This document shows positions 28,008-42,502 of a stretch of 64,000 nucleotides of DNA, piece by piece. The stretch lies in the NCBI GenBank assembly GCA_951406725.2, contig OX597814.1:76260001-76324000 (forward strand). The letters are read 5' to 3'. A program made the translations under genes and the position numbers. The notes under the pieces were generated by a model, which worked only from the letters and a program-made list of their open reading frames with translations, was not told the DNA's origin and did no database searches. Origin of the DNA: Octopus vulgaris (taxonomy: Eukaryota). Numbering within the stretch: the stretch's first letter is position 1; every line of letters starts with the position of its first letter.

Positions 28008-28603
28008 ATGTCTGTGTGTGTAGTGAAGCCCCTGCTGAGTTTTGAACTATAGCTCTCAGATTTTCATAGTATCATCTAGCAAGTTGTTTTACCAGAGAGT
28101 CATAACTGTTATGTTCATTGAACGTTGTTCCATTAATTTGTTGGATGTGCACTTGTAAATGTAACGTTGCAGGATGAATAAAATATTTTAAATTTCAATT
28201 AAATTTTAATGTGGTCATTGTCTTCACATGTAATCTATGAACAGTCACCAAAAAATAATTGACTTGCCACTAAATACGTATTATTTTTCTACATTACACT
28301 GCATAGATGGAACGATGTTTTATAGGATTCCTCATACATTGCTCTATATTGGATAAAGAGGAATGGAGTGATTTCTTTCTTTTGACCTCTTAAATTCTTT
28401 AGTTAGCTTAGCTGAAGAATGTTTGAAAGTTCAGCGTTCCTAGATGCCATGTTTCCAGCATTTCATACACATGAAAGGACAATAAATCATGGATGTTTTA
28501 CACAGTTTCACTGGAAACTTTTCAGTTTGAAATAATTAAAAGATATATTTCAATGTAGTCTCAGGTTACATACAGAGGGTGACACTAATTATGCATGAAG
28601 ATA

Positions 28604-28767
28604 TTCTTTTCTACTCTAGGCACAAGGCCTGAAATTTTGGGGGAGGGAGCCAGTCGATGAAAAGCAAAGTCAACCTTGGCGAAATTAGAACTCAGAACAC
28701 AAAGACAGACGAAACACCGCTAAGCATTTCGCACAGCATACTAACGTTTCTGCCAGCTCCCCGCCTT
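28604..28767 (-). mobile_element. SINE family B (5' end intact, internal deletion)
   Basis: Minus strand begins ggcggggagctggcagaaacgttag; core shared with the other B copies. Confidence 0.8.
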
Positions 28768-29224
28768 CATTATTAGGGAAGATACTGAATATTTTATGTC
28801 ACAAAATTTAACAATTTTTTCCTTTCTTCCTATTCCTCCTTTTCTGCCTTAGAAATTTTGTGTATTAATATTTTTAGTTCTTTATTTTAGTCATAATGAT
28901 TAAAACCATGCTACAATATTTTACCGTCAGCGCACACGAGCATGCTTTTTTCCCTGGTTTTATTTTACGAATTTCTCACCAATGAAGACCTGGTTTCTAG
29001 ACTAGAAACAAAGTTCTTTTGTTGGAATGTTGACAGCCTGAACAGGATAGTCTTGGGCTCAGCTAACTGCCAAATCTCCATACACTCTACAACAGCTTTC
29101 CAATGTAACTCCTTAATTCAGCAATTCTCAGATACAGAAACTGCTTTCTGTATCCGAGAATTGCTGCCTTCCCACTGTCACAATTTTAGGGCCATAACCT
29201 AGTACACAATTTTAGGGCCATGAC

Positions 29225-30045
29225 CATCAACAATGGCACAATGAAAGGTAGGTCTGGTGAGATTATTGAAATGATGGAGCATCACCATGTTGATGTGTGT
29301 GGTGTGCAAGAAGTGAGATGGGAGTCTCTGCTAGAGTCCCCATGGGTATAAATTGGAGGTTCAAATTCTTCTGGATAGGCAGGAGTGATGCAATGGGTGG
29401 TGTGGGCATACTCTTAACAGAAAAGTGGATAGATAAGGTAATTGAGGTAGTCAGAGTATGCATTAGGGTTATTAAGCTGAGATGTATCATAGATAAATTA
29501 ACAGTTACATTTATCTCTGCTTATGCTCCACAGGCTGGGCTGGTGACAGCCAGAAGGATCAATCCTATGAGATCCTTCTGCAGACTACCTCAATGACAAA
29601 TGACATACTTAGTTATTGTGGCTGGTGACTTTAATGGAAATGTTGGGCAGCATTCCCATGAATTCCATGGTGGTTATGGTTTTGACCCCAGGAATGAGGA
29701 GGGAACAAAGCTACTGGGGTTCTGTGATGTAAATGATCTCATGATCTTCAACACTAACTTATTAGAAAACCAGCCAGCCACCTAATCACATATCAGTCTG
29801 GTGGGTACATAAGCCTGATCAATTACCTCCTTACCATGCAATGAGAGGCAGATGCTTACAAATGGAAAGTCTTTCCTAGTTGAAGAGTGTACACCCCATC
29901 GTGGTGTTAGGAAGGGTATCCAGTTGTAAAAACCATGCCAAAACAGACACAAGCCTGGTGCAATCTTCTGCCTGGCTGGCTCCTGTCAAACTGTCCAACC
30001 CATGTCAGTATGGAAGGCAGACATTAAATGATGATGATGATGAAT
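29225..30045 (+). mobile_element. Internally deleted RTE LINE (APE endonuclease joined to 3' tail)
   Basis: GGVGILL, ISAYAPQAG, VAGDFNGNVG, GYGFDPRNEEG, then directly the 3' UTR and (GAT)n tail. Confidence 0.85.
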
Positions 30046-30697
30046 ATAAGGACAGACAAAAAGCACTATGCATTTTGTCCAGTTCATGATAAACACTGAA
30101 TGAATAAAAAAAAATCATCCAAAGGGTGTTGTTAATCACTTGTAGAAGTAACAGTTTCTCTTAATAAATTAAAGAATGTGAACAAAAGAGCAGATGCTGC
30201 AAATCATCTTAAAACTTTTTTTGCTATTTTAGATATGAAACTGTTTTCATAGCATTTTCTATATCTTTCTTTTTCACAATATTTTCTATTGACAAAATTA
30301 CCAGAGAATTTCATGTCATTCTTTATAAGCTTTATTTCACTACAGTTTACCTCTCCTGTGGCTAAATAATTAAACACAACCCACAAATCTCGTATATCTT
30401 GGAACTCATTACTGTTGATGAATCTAACTGCTTATATTGAAAACTTCACATTTCCAGGATAAATCTTTTGCAGTAACTAGCTCAAAAGATCACATTTGTT
30501 AATATTACTATTTTCTTGCTATCTTAATTTATCCTCCAAACCTTGACATGCTAACCTCAGTTTATTTTTATTTGGCAAATCTTTATATGTTAAATAAAAA
30601 TCTATTATGTGCTAGTGAAACTAGCTGTTCAAAATCTGTTTGATAAAAAATAGCTGGGTTGAGTACATGGTTTTTTTTATATCTTTCTGGGTGATTG

Positions 30698-31104
30698 TTT
30701 ACTTTTACTTGTTTCAGTCATTTGACTGTGGCCATGCTGGAGCACCACCTTTAGTCGAGCAAATCGACCCCAGGACTTATTCTTTGTAAGCCTAGTACTT
30801 ATTCTATTGGTCTCTTTTGCCGAACTACTAAGTTACGGGGACATAAACACACCAGCATTGGTTGTCAAGCGATGTTGGGGGAACAAACACAGACACACAA
30901 ACACATACACACACACACACATACATATATATACATATATACGACAGGCTTCTTTCAGTTTCTGTCTACCAAATCCACTCACAAGGCTTTGGTCGGCCCG
31001 AGGCTATAGTAGAAGACACTTGCCCAAGGTGTCACATAGTGGGACTGAACCCTGAACCATGTGGTCAGTAAGCAAGCTACTTACTACACAGCCACTCCTA
31101 TGCC
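30698..31104 (-). mobile_element. tRNA-derived SINE, family A (well-preserved copy)
   Basis: Full reverse-complement match to 4477-4896 with CpGs retained. Confidence 0.85.
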
Positions 31105-31908
31105 TATGTGTAAACCTTATCAATACATTCATACTGAAACTACTGTTTTCCTTGTTTACTTTCTTTGTTTTTTTTTTACATATTCTTTTACTTTTACAAA
31201 TTAGTTCCACATCTAATTCTGTAGCCGATATAGAAAACCTCCAAAATCCTAAGTTTTTCAAGTTAAGAGAAGCTCTGCAAATGGAAAATTACCAAAAAGC
31301 TTTCTGAAAGGTTTTAAAGGGAAGTGGGTGCTGTAGGTGAGCATAAAATAAAAGTGTAAAGGGAAAAGGTGACATGTAGATGTTTTATGTGAAAATGTAG
31401 TTGATGGATTTGTTTTAGTGCAGTTTCCAAAACAAAATGGTTAAATGTGCAAAAATGGACTAGCATCAAATTTATATAAAAACTACCTTCACTGTATCAG
31501 CTGTTTTATGAAATATAATTGTATAGTGTGTTGAGATTTGGGTTCTATATCAAAGTTTTCCTATTTTATGGATCTAAATTATACAGTCATACCAAATGAA
31601 AAGAATATGAAAAAAATTTAAAGCCCTCCCATTTGGGATTTGGGGTTATGAACTGTACTAGTGCTCTTTCATATCTGTTTGCACAATAGTCTTTAAACTT
31701 GTGAAATTATGCACTTTTGAAACTTCAGTAGACAGTTCCATAGAGGCTTACTCTTCCTAAGACATCATGTGAAGCATTCATCCTCACAAGAAAACTGAAC
31801 TATTTGATACAAAAGTTTTGGTTTCATGTCACGTTGTAGGATCAGAAACAGATATTTGTGAAAGTTGATAAAGAGCTTCTCAGATTCTTATAATCCCATG
31901 TCATATGT

Positions 31909-31977
<69 letters not shown>

Positions 31978-31980
<3 letters not shown>

Positions 31981-32930
31981 CAAAGTTGAGTTGTGGGGTA
32001 TCGCACGAGTGGAATTATATACGAAAGAAGGTTTGAAAATGCAATTTAAAAGATGTTTATTTACTTTACTGGTTTCACTCTTTGGAAAAAGATTGTCAAA
32101 AGTAACATGTGGAAGTTTGGTTGCGTTAACTATTGGTTGTTGCAAATTGCTACATTACATATATATATACAGTCTTTGGTAACAGGGACATGTTAAGGAC
32201 ATAAAAAAGTACAGCAGTATGTTGAGAATATAAAGAGGTTTAACAAGCTCATTGAAAAAATGGGCAGAAAAGATTAAAACAAATATATTATACATCTCAG
32301 GGTAATTTCCAGGAGGAATTATTAAAAAAGTTCAGTACAGAATATTATGAATTCAAAAAGATTTACATTAATGTAGTGGTGTGGTTGTTACTGACCTGTC
32401 CGTTTTAGCAGAAATGTGGAATTGAAAAGGATGTACCCGTTTTTTTCTTTTTTTTGGCTCTCCTTCAAGCATCAATGATTTTGGGGTTAGGATGAGGTGA
32501 ATATGTGTGTCTCTGCGTGTATGTGTGTGTGCATACATATACATGTGGTGTGAATAGATGTGTCTGTGTGTCTGTAGTATTTGGTCAGATGGTGTCTGTT
32601 TGTCAACCGCATGTGTGGTTGTCATGGTGTTGTGTGTGTGTGTGTGCATGCGCGCGTATGCATGAATGTGTGTGGATGGCATTTGACATGGTGCTGCGTG
32701 TGTATATATGTACCTGTATGGAGGTGAGATTGGTGTGAGTGTGTGTGTCCCTGTGTGCATGCACATACACGTATACATGTGTCTGTGTGTGTGTGGGGGC
32801 TGTTTTTGATTGGTTCCAGGGTGGTGTAAATAGATGTGTGTTGTTTAAAGAATTTTTGGGGGTAGGATGGTGTGTATATGCGTGCCCGCCCATGCGTGCG
32901 CGTCTACGCGTGTGTGTGGGACATACACAC
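31978..32930 (-). mobile_element. Penelope-like non-coding fragment with a decayed type I hammerhead at 32061-32105
   Basis: Minus strand ttactt-TTGACAA-tcttt.ttcc.aaaga-gt-GAAA-ccag-TA-aagtaa. Stem I is perfect; the core differs from CUGACGA/ACCGGU by transitions. Lies in (TA)n. Outer boundary approximate. Confidence 0.55.
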
Positions 32931-33027
32931 ACACTACATATACATATATATATACACACACATATATGTGTATATATATGTATATATATATATATATATG
33001 TGTGTGTGTATATATATATGTATATAT

Positions 33028-33530
33028 TGTGGTAGAATTGTTAGTATGCAAAGCAAAATGCTTAACACTTTTTCATCTACCTTTGCATTCCGAATTCAAA
33101 TTCCGCCTATAATGCCTAATTTGCCTTTGATCCTTTCAGGGTTGATAAAATAAGGACTAGTTACACACTGGGGTCGATGTAATTGACATAATCCCTTTAT
33201 ATGTCCTTGTTTGTCCCCTGTATGTTTAGCCCCTGTGGGCAATAAAGGAACAGATATTAGTTGAGTATGGAGGTTAATGCAATCAGCTTATCCTCACCCC
33301 TGAAATTACTGGCCTTGTGCCAAAATTTGAAATAATTTTTATTATTAAGGCAATGAATGGTGAAACTGTTAGCATGCCAGACAAAATACTCAGCAGCATT
33401 TTGTTCATGTTTACTTTCTGAGTTCTAATTTTGCTGAGTTTGACTTAGTGTTTTATCCTTTTGGGGTTGATATAATTGATTAGCCTCTTCTCCCATTATT
33501 TCAGTCCTTGTGCCTTTAGTAGAAAGGGTT
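33028..33530 (+). mobile_element. Two or three adjacent SINE family B copies
   Basis: Repeated gttagcatgc...ttcaaatt...cctttc core. Confidence 0.7.
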
Positions 33531-34659
33531 ACTATTATTATTACTTTTATTATTGGAACTTGTTCCTGGAACGTTTTTAATCAACTTTAGTTTGATGAGT
33601 GACTAATATCCTCCTTAAATACAATGAGAACATGACAGTAGTTAGCATTCCCAAGTAATATCATTCTGGTTATTTATTATATTTTAAATTCTCACTGCTC
33701 CTATGCAAGTTGGTTGTTGTATTTGCAAACTGAGTTTGCTGTAAGTAATCTACTGTTGCTTGGACATAAAATTCTGTATAAGTCTCTACTTAAGTGAAAA
33801 CTGACATACTTAATCTCGTGAGCCATAATCTTTATTTTAATGAAATAAAATTAAGACTCATAATGAAAAGAACAAATTATTAGCTTTAATGAATAATTAA
33901 AGAAAAGCAAAGAGGACCACTCAGAACTCAAAATTAATAAAAAATTGAGTGCGGTATGAAATGTGGAATAAGTGTCTTTTCATGTATAAGTCAGATGTAG
34001 CTTTCCTTACACTTACCTACCACTCCAACCTCTACTCCTTTAGTAGAACTAACAAACTGTACCCAATATCACCTCCCTTCCTCTGGTTATTCTTATCGCA
34101 TCTTACCTTGTACCCCCACCACACACACACACTTTTTCAATCCTTCATCTCCTGTTTTCTTTCCTGGCTCACATTTTTCCTATTTGTATCAACTTACACA
34201 AGTTCAGCTTGAACATCAACTGCATTGGTCTCACCAGTCTGGGAGAACCTATAAAGGTCATGAGCACTGCTGCTGCTACTGCCCTCCCACCTCTTCTTCA
34301 CTAAATGATAAAACAATCCTATAGTAATGCCTCTTTCATAATTGTATGATGAATCAGCTGTTTAGATAAACGTCATATCATAATATGTCTGTAAGGAAGT
34401 AAACACCAGCTCTTTTACTTAGAGAAGAACTCAAACTTTTTCTTTCTGAAGAAAAGTCAAAAACTGCCAATTTATTCCAAAATATAAAATTAGACTGTTT
34501 CATTGGCATTATTTAGTTCAGCAAGCAAACAATTGTTATTGCATCAGACAGAATACCTTTCTGTGTTCCTTCTGATGCTTTACATTCTTAGTTAGCCCTA
34601 GGCCGACCAAAGCCTTGTAAGCCTGTTTGGTGGGCAGAAACTGAAAGAAGTTTGTCATA

Positions 34660-35522
34660 TACAAGGTCTGATCAGTAAGTATTTGGACTGTTGCCATAGT
34701 AACAAAGCTAAAGCACACAGAGTAAAGCAGCTTGGCACAGATTAACCCTGGATTCTGCTAGTGCATCTACACTAAGTTTTAATGTTCTAGCTCACTTCTG
34801 CTGTTTACAGCAGTGCTTGGAAAGAACATGTGTAGTGTGTGATCATTGTATTGACCATGATAGAGAAAACTGTCATGGCAATACCTGCTCTGAGTTTAGT
34901 TGCAGAAAGTGTATGGAGAGGAGTGTATGAGCTGCACACAATTGTACAAGTGGTTCAGACATTTCGAAGATGGCTGAAAAAATGTCGATAGTGATGAATG
35001 TTCTGGGAGATCCACAACCAGCAGAACAGAGAAAAACATTGCAGCTTTGGGGGAAATCGTCAAATCATCATCCTTGAGTTAGATGTGCAGATTATTTACA
35101 GTTCAGTTCGGTCAATTATTACTGAAGATTTGGGTATGAGACGCATGTCTGCCAAAGCTGCTTTCAGCTGACCAAAAAGACACTCGGGTTTCAATTGCAC
35201 AAGATCTCCTTAATTGTGTTGAGAATGATGAAAACATCTTGAAAACTTTGCATAGGCCTCTGAGCAGGTTTTGCCAAGCTTTTGGCAAAATTTGATGCAG
35301 ATTCTCTGCTCAACTTTCTCTGTCATGGTCAATGTAATGATCTCATGCTACACACATTTCTTCCAAGCACTGCTGTAAAAGGCAGAAGTGAGCTAGGATG
35401 TTAAAACTTAGTGAAAATGCACAGTAGAGTTCAAGGTCAATCTGTGCCAAGTGGCTTCACTCTATGTGCTTTAGCTTCATTACTATGGCAACAGTCTGGA
35501 TACTTGTTGATCAGACCACATA
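34660..35522. mobile_element. Mariner-derived MITE with about 210-bp TIRs, nested in a family A SINE (34593-35810)
   Basis: Long inverted repeats caaggtctgatcagtaagtat.../...atacttgttgatcagaccaca with TA ends. Interior encodes the mariner N-terminal HTH (LQKVYGEECMSCTQLYKWFRHFEDG). Confidence 0.85.
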
Positions 35523-37782
35523 TCATCATCATCGTTTAATGTCCACTTTCCATGCTGGCATAAATATATATACATACATATATACACATACACATAAACA
35601 TTTATGTGTGTGTGTGTCTTTGTATGCGTGTTTGTCCCCCACCACCACTTGACAACTTGGTGTTGGTGTGTTTATGTCCCAATAACTTAGTGGTTTGGCA
35701 AAAGAGACTGATAGAATAAGTACTAGGCTTACAAAAAGAAAAATTAGTACTGTAGTTGATTCATTCCACTAAAATTTTTCAACGTAGTGCCCCAGTAAAA
35801 CAAGTAAAAGATAATGAAATACCTCAATCTCTCTTTTGGGTCATTGTGATGTTCACATCTTTTCCATGAGTGAAATGAAATAATTAGTTATGAAGCCAAT
35901 TTTCAGACTCAGGTTGTCAGGAACGTACATTTTACTCTGTAGACTGTCCTCTTTCTTTCACTACAAAATAAAAAAAATATTTTTTCATTTTTTTTTTTTG
36001 TCTTCTGGAATAATTAATTACCTTCTCACTCAAATACAAATCAGATATGAATAAATTTTGAAAATTACTCAATCTTGGTTCTTTATGTTATTTTCTTGGC
36101 TATGGCATAATATTTGTATTGACTGTATAATTGCAATAATCAACATCATTAATAATGAAAATTTATTTTCTGATTTAGCTGCCTTTGCCTCTATCAAACT
36201 TGTTACAACATGAAACAACCCCAACAACTATTAGTAAAACAGTAACTATCAAATGTAAAAAGATCTCAGCTGGCTGCAGAGATAAATTTATGACCTTGAT
36301 AAAGGATATCATTGGCTAGAGAGGGAAATGTGTATCTTGAAAGCTATTAATAAAACTGAATATGGGTTAGTTTTCACTAAGTCAAAGAAGAAAATATCGA
36401 AAAAGAAAGTCAAAAGATCATAAAAATGTTACTACAACTATGAGTAAGGCAAGGCTGATAAACAACCAATAAAAAACCAACTTGTTTCCTGATTACAGAA
36501 TAACTGCCAAATTAGTTGTAATTATATGATAAGAAGGACTAAAAGTTATGGGGTAGCAGAAACTGTTATATGGTACATTAAAAAGGTGTTATAATTCTCA
36601 GTGCATTTTGAGCTCAAACTCTGCTTTGGTTGAATTTTGCCATTCAGCTTTCCAGTGTAAATAAACATTGGTTATATGAATACATTGTTTCATTCAACTG
36701 TATCTTCTTCCTTAAATGTATGGCTTTATTTTGCATATAAGAAATTATTATTAATAGTAACTTGCTGGAACTAAAACAGTCAGACTAATTGATTTACACT
36801 ATTCCTGTTATTCTTTACTCTGAGTTCAAATCTTGCAAAGATCAATTTTGTCTCTTACGCTTTAAGTTAATAAAAATAAGTAATAGTCTTATACTAGGGT
36901 TGGTTCTACAGGCAATATATCATATCTACAAATTTTTTGCCTTATGGCCATTATTAGCTGTGGAATATTTCTGAGGTTGGAGAACTCCAGACTAAATAAT
37001 GCAGTTCCTTATTTTACTTTCATCCATCCAGTTTGATTTTAAACTCCAATAATTGCTAAAATCAATCTGTACAACTGGCACAATAATCACCTGCAAAAAT
37101 TAGTCTTCATATATTATTTAGGCATCTATTTCTGTCCCTTTGTCATACTTTAACCTCTCATCATCTGGTATACAGCCACCTCCCTCGATACTACACTCCT
37201 TCAGATGAGGGACATTTGTCTTACAAGTTACTTGGTGGTCTCACTGATACTATTGTCATCCGAGAAACATCCTGCTCACTCTGTAAAGTGGTTGGTATTA
37301 GGAAGGGCATCTAGCCATAGAAACCTTGTCAAAGCAGGCATTGGATAGAGCTTAGCACAATCCTCTAGCTTCAGCTTCTATCAAACTGTCCAACTCATGC
37401 CAGCATGATGATGATGATGTTACGTTAATGAATTTGATGAAAATGTTAGGAAATTCAGTTAGAAATGTGTTTATTAATTTAGCAATTCACTGTTTTTGAC
37501 GGGGGTTTATTTCCATATTTCAACCATTGCTTATTACTGAAAAAAGTATAATGTCATAGAAATGAGTTGAATTCTTTTACTTGCACATACTTTTATTTGA
37601 TGTCAAAAAGGGGCAACATGAGAAAGTTTCTAGTTTTGGGGCATAAAATCTTATAGAACTGAGGGGGAATGTCTATAAATCTTGATATATCTGTCATGAT
37701 ATTGTAGTGATTTGGTTTCTGTTGCTCTCCTCTTCACTGGCTTTGCTGAAACAAAATGTCCTTTAATAGCAGAGATATAAAG

Positions 37783-38022
37783 GAAATATTTATTTCTTTA
37801 TTGCCAACAAGGGGCTAAACATAGAGAAGACAAACAAGGACAGACAAAGGGATTAAGTCAATTAGATCAACCCCAGTATGTCACTGGTACTTATTTAATT
37901 GACTCCAAAAGGATGAAAGGCAAAGTTGACCTCAGCAGAATTTGAACTCAGAACATAGTGGCAGACGAAACACCACTAAGCATTTCGCCCAGCATGCTAA
38001 CATTTCTGCCAGTTCGCTGCCT
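37783..38022 (-). mobile_element. SINE family B, full length
   Basis: Minus strand runs from ggcagcgaactggcagaaatgttagc to a caataaagaaat tail. Confidence 0.8.
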
Positions 38023-38892
38023 TATATATAAAGAAAATACTGTATGATGCCTTATAGTTAAAAATCATAGCTGCACAAATAACAACAACATCAATAACAT
38101 GATCAATGAACCAACATGGGAAACTTTATATCACTGAGCCTGCTAGAAACAGAAGCCAAATCTCTCTTAAATCATAGTAAGTCACTGGATAATGTAGTCC
38201 TGGATATACCATGTCTGAAACAAAGATCTGATGATCACTGTTGAAACAAATTTGATCTTATTGCCTATGGAACTAAGCATCATCATCAAGAATAGTGACA
38301 AGATGAGGCATTCAGCTCGGCCATTGGAAGACAGAATTAATGGTTAATTTTTATTTCCAGAAATTTGGATAAGCTTGAGCTCAATATTAGCAACATGGGG
38401 ATCTTCTTGCTATTAAATTATGTATAATAGATAATTAGATGAACATAACTGCTCTGTTACTTCTGAAGCTTATCACCTCTCAACTTCTCTCCACCCATTC
38501 ATAAGCATAATTTATGTCACTGATGCCATTGCCATCAGTACTCCTCTCTTTCTCTCTAAATCTATTTCTTTATACTTCTCTCTCTCTCTCTCTACCAAAG
38601 AGAAACAAAGAAAGATTAACATGTCTGAAAAAGGACAAACCCCCACCATCCCAAGCAATCTGGCATTACATGAATATCTTTTCAAATCTTTCTTTTACCC
38701 ACATTACCATATGTATGCATGTGTTAGTGTGTGTATGAGTGAAATTTTTTCTCCTCTTACCAGCATTCTTTTTATTTTAATCTCTTTTGTCTCCCTTTAC
38801 TTTACTCTTTTTCTCTCCCTTCATTGTTTCCCCTCTTTCTTCTGTCTCCCTTCCTACTACTACTACAGAATAGAATAGATACATACATACAT

Positions 38893-38965
<73 letters not shown>

Positions 38966-39804
38966 TATACACACATACAAACGCATATCTGTGTGTTTTA
39001 TAAATATATATAGGTATAAAATATTCAGGCAGGTACTGAACTTATGATCTGGGTTCTGGCTAACCACATCAAGTTGTAAGGAGCACTTAAGATTGCTTAA
39101 GGTGGCAATCCCACTGTAATTCAGCTGATGGGTAAATCTTGGGTTTGCTTCATTGGATTACAAATATTTTACTGGGTGTGTATCCAAGATAGTTACAATA
39201 AATATGGAGAGTAGTACATCTGTATATTTTCTATTTCTATTTCAATTATACAGCATAAGTGGTTGAATTTCTCTGTATGTTTCTGTTTCATAGAAAACTA
39301 GCAACTGCACTTGCATCCAGCTACTTTTGACTTGTTACCAGTCTATGCAACTTTATTCAAGGTCCATCCACTACCAAGTGTATGTAGGCTTGGCTAACAT
39401 TATTTTTCTAGATTACTCTAGTTTTTGAGTTTATCCTGGACAGGTAATGCCCTCTTCCTTACCTACTGTAGCATCACCAGGCCAGAGCTTTTGAAAATCA
39501 TACATAATGCCCAACCTGAAAGTCTTCTGAAAGAGACAACTCTTGCTGTCCTCAGAATAATTCTCAGGCCATCATTGCTCATATACTCCAATATACCTCT
39601 TACAGAATTTGAGAGTTGATGTTCCATTGATTGCATGGTTTTTTCCACTTATTCAACTGGTAGGTTATAGTGATCTTAATTGTGACATGCTGACTTTGTG
39701 AAAAGATTTTTTAAAATGCCACATATTTTATTTAACATGTCAATAATCTGGAGTTTTAGGCTAGTTTTCTTTTCTGTTGACCATCCATAAGACAATATTA
39801 ATTG

Positions 39805-40422
39805 TTTCTATCATAGACACAAGGTCTGAAAAATTAGGGAGAATGGTTAGTCAATTAAATCTATTCCAGTACTTGACTGGTACTCTATTTTATCAACCCT
39901 GGAAGAATGGAAGGTGAAGTTTTATAATTCAGAATGTAAAGAACTAGAACAAATACTACAGATAATTTCTCAGATAATCTTTTCCCAATAATAATAATAA
40001 CAACAATAATAATAATAATAATAATAATAATTTCTATTTAGGCACAAAGCCTGAACATTTGTGAAATTACATTGACTCTAGGGCTCAAAAGAATAAAAGG
40101 CAAAGTTGCCCTCGGCAGAATTTGAACACAGAATGTGAAGACAGACAGAATGCTGCTAAGCATTTTGTCCAACATACTAATGATTCTGCCAGTTTGCCAC
40201 CATAATAATGATGATTTCAAATTTTTGCCACAAGAACAGCTTGGGAGAGGGAATTAAGTCGATTACATTAACCCCAGTGTGTAACTGGTACTTATTAAAT
40301 CAACCCCAAAAAGATGAAAGGCAAAGTCAACCTCAGTGGAATTTGAACTCAAAACATAGCGATGGGTGAAATACTGCTAAGCATTTCGCCCAGCATACTA
40401 ATGATTCTGCTAGCTCATTGCC

Positions 40423-40514
<92 letters not shown>

Positions 40515-40885
40515 TGATGATGATAATGGTTTCAAATTTTGGTACAAGACCAGCAATTTAGAGGAAGGGGAAAGTCAATTACATTAACCCCAGTACTTGA
40601 CTAGTATTCTATTTTGTTGATTCCAAAAGGATGAAAGGCAAAATCAACCTTAGTGGAATTTGAACTCTGAACATAAAGAGCTAGAAAAAATTCTGCCGAG
40701 CATTTTGTCTACCATGCTAACAGTTCTGATAGCTTACCAACTTGATGATGATAGTGGATAGTAATCCTTTCTAATTTTGGCATATAGCCAGCAATGTTTG
40801 GGGGAGGGGCAAGTGAATTACATCAACTCTAGTGTTTGACTTGTACTTTATTTTGCCAACCCTGAAAGGCAAAGTTGATCCTGAA
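39805..40885 (-). mobile_element. Cluster of about 5 same-orientation SINE family B copies separated by (AAT)n/(GAT)n
   Basis: The aaaggcaaagt core recurs near 40097, 40317, 40635 and 40865, with a decayed copy near 39910. Confidence 0.8.
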
Positions 40886-41543
40886 TTGTGAAAGGAAAGA
40901 GCCATCACTGAATAACACAAGTAACTTTTTTACCAACACTGTAACATTTGTGCCAATCCCAAATTCTCAATTATAACAATGATAATGGAACAAAAAATAG
41001 AAGCATTCTTGGCAATGACATAAAGAACATTTCATTTCATTTCCTTTTTAGTTTGGTTGATTTATTAACCTCTCAACTACAATTTATTTTTGGTACCTTC
41101 AAAAGAGCAAACAGATATCAATGCTAGAGCATAGGGGTGTAGAGAATGTCTTCTCTTTTCACCTTTCCATTACAAAATGTTTACTAGTTTTCTCAAGTGT
41201 TAACAGACAAAAGGGACTGAGAAAGGAAATAAAGGGGAAAAAGATAAAAATATTTGGCTTTATTTTTATTATTATTTGTTTGATTTTTATTAATGAAGCA
41301 GCAATAGGTATAAATTTTCTTTCCTAGCTTCTTCTCTCTGCTTATAATTAGCATTCGGTAGATCACATGGTATTTCCTCCCAAAAATAAATGTTAGTATT
41401 TTTGCTTTTATTTCTTTTTTGAATTTTTAGCATTAGAAATTTTACTTTGGGAGTTAGTGGTGGGTAGCAGGATGAATGTGTATTGTGATTGGATGTGGCT
41501 GATAACAGGAAAAAAAAATACAACAAAAATCTCCCAAAAATAT

Positions 41544-41623
<80 letters not shown>

Positions 41624-42177
41624 AAAGCAGGAAGTCTGGAGAAAAAAATGTGAAAAAAATAGTAATGTTAGTCAGAGAGAGATGTTCAGTTAAGTTGTAT
41701 TAGATCTCTAATATGTTGTATTATTCTAACTTAAGCTTAAAACACATCCAAATTGTAAATCAGGAACATTCTTGCAAATTCAAATAAAAATTCTTCCACT
41801 TGTAGTTCGAACCAAGGTATTTGTTTTCTCCTTTATTAATATATACTGTATCCAAGAATCAGGAAAGAATCAGTTTATTCTTTATATCTTCCTATCTTAT
41901 CGTCACCATCATCACCATTATTTATTTCTTCTTCTTTCCCTTGCTCCTCCTTTCTTTTTTCCTCCTTTTTTATTTGCCTATTCTTTTCTTCTACCTCCTC
42001 CTCACCACCAACCCCACTATCATCACCATAATCATCAATATTTCCAGAACTGCAGAATTCTGGAACTCCTTTGCAACCCATGCTTCCCATACAGCTATCA
42101 ATCTACTAAATTTCCAACTAATCCTCAGCAGTGCTTCACCATTTTGAAAAGGTTTACAAAAACTTTCAATATAATTT

Positions 42178-42502
42178 TATCTTTTATCTTTTACTTGTTT
42201 CAGCCATTAGACTGCAGTCATGCTGGGGTACCACCTTTGAATTTTGTTAGTTCAATGAATCAACCTCAGCCCCAGTATTTTTTCTAAAGCCTGCTATTTA
42301 TTCTACTGGTCTCTTTTACTGAACTGCTAAGTTACAGGGATGTAACACACTAACACTGGTTGTCAAATAGTATTGGGAGACAAACAAAGACACACACACA
42401 TGATGGGCTTCTTTCAGTTTTTGTCTACCAAAGTGCCACCCAGTGGGACTGAACCTGGAACCATGTGATTGGGAAGAAGCTTCTTACCACACAGCCATGC
42501 CT
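42178..42502 (-). mobile_element. tRNA-derived SINE, family A
   Basis: Reverse-complement match to 4477-4896. Confidence 0.75.
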
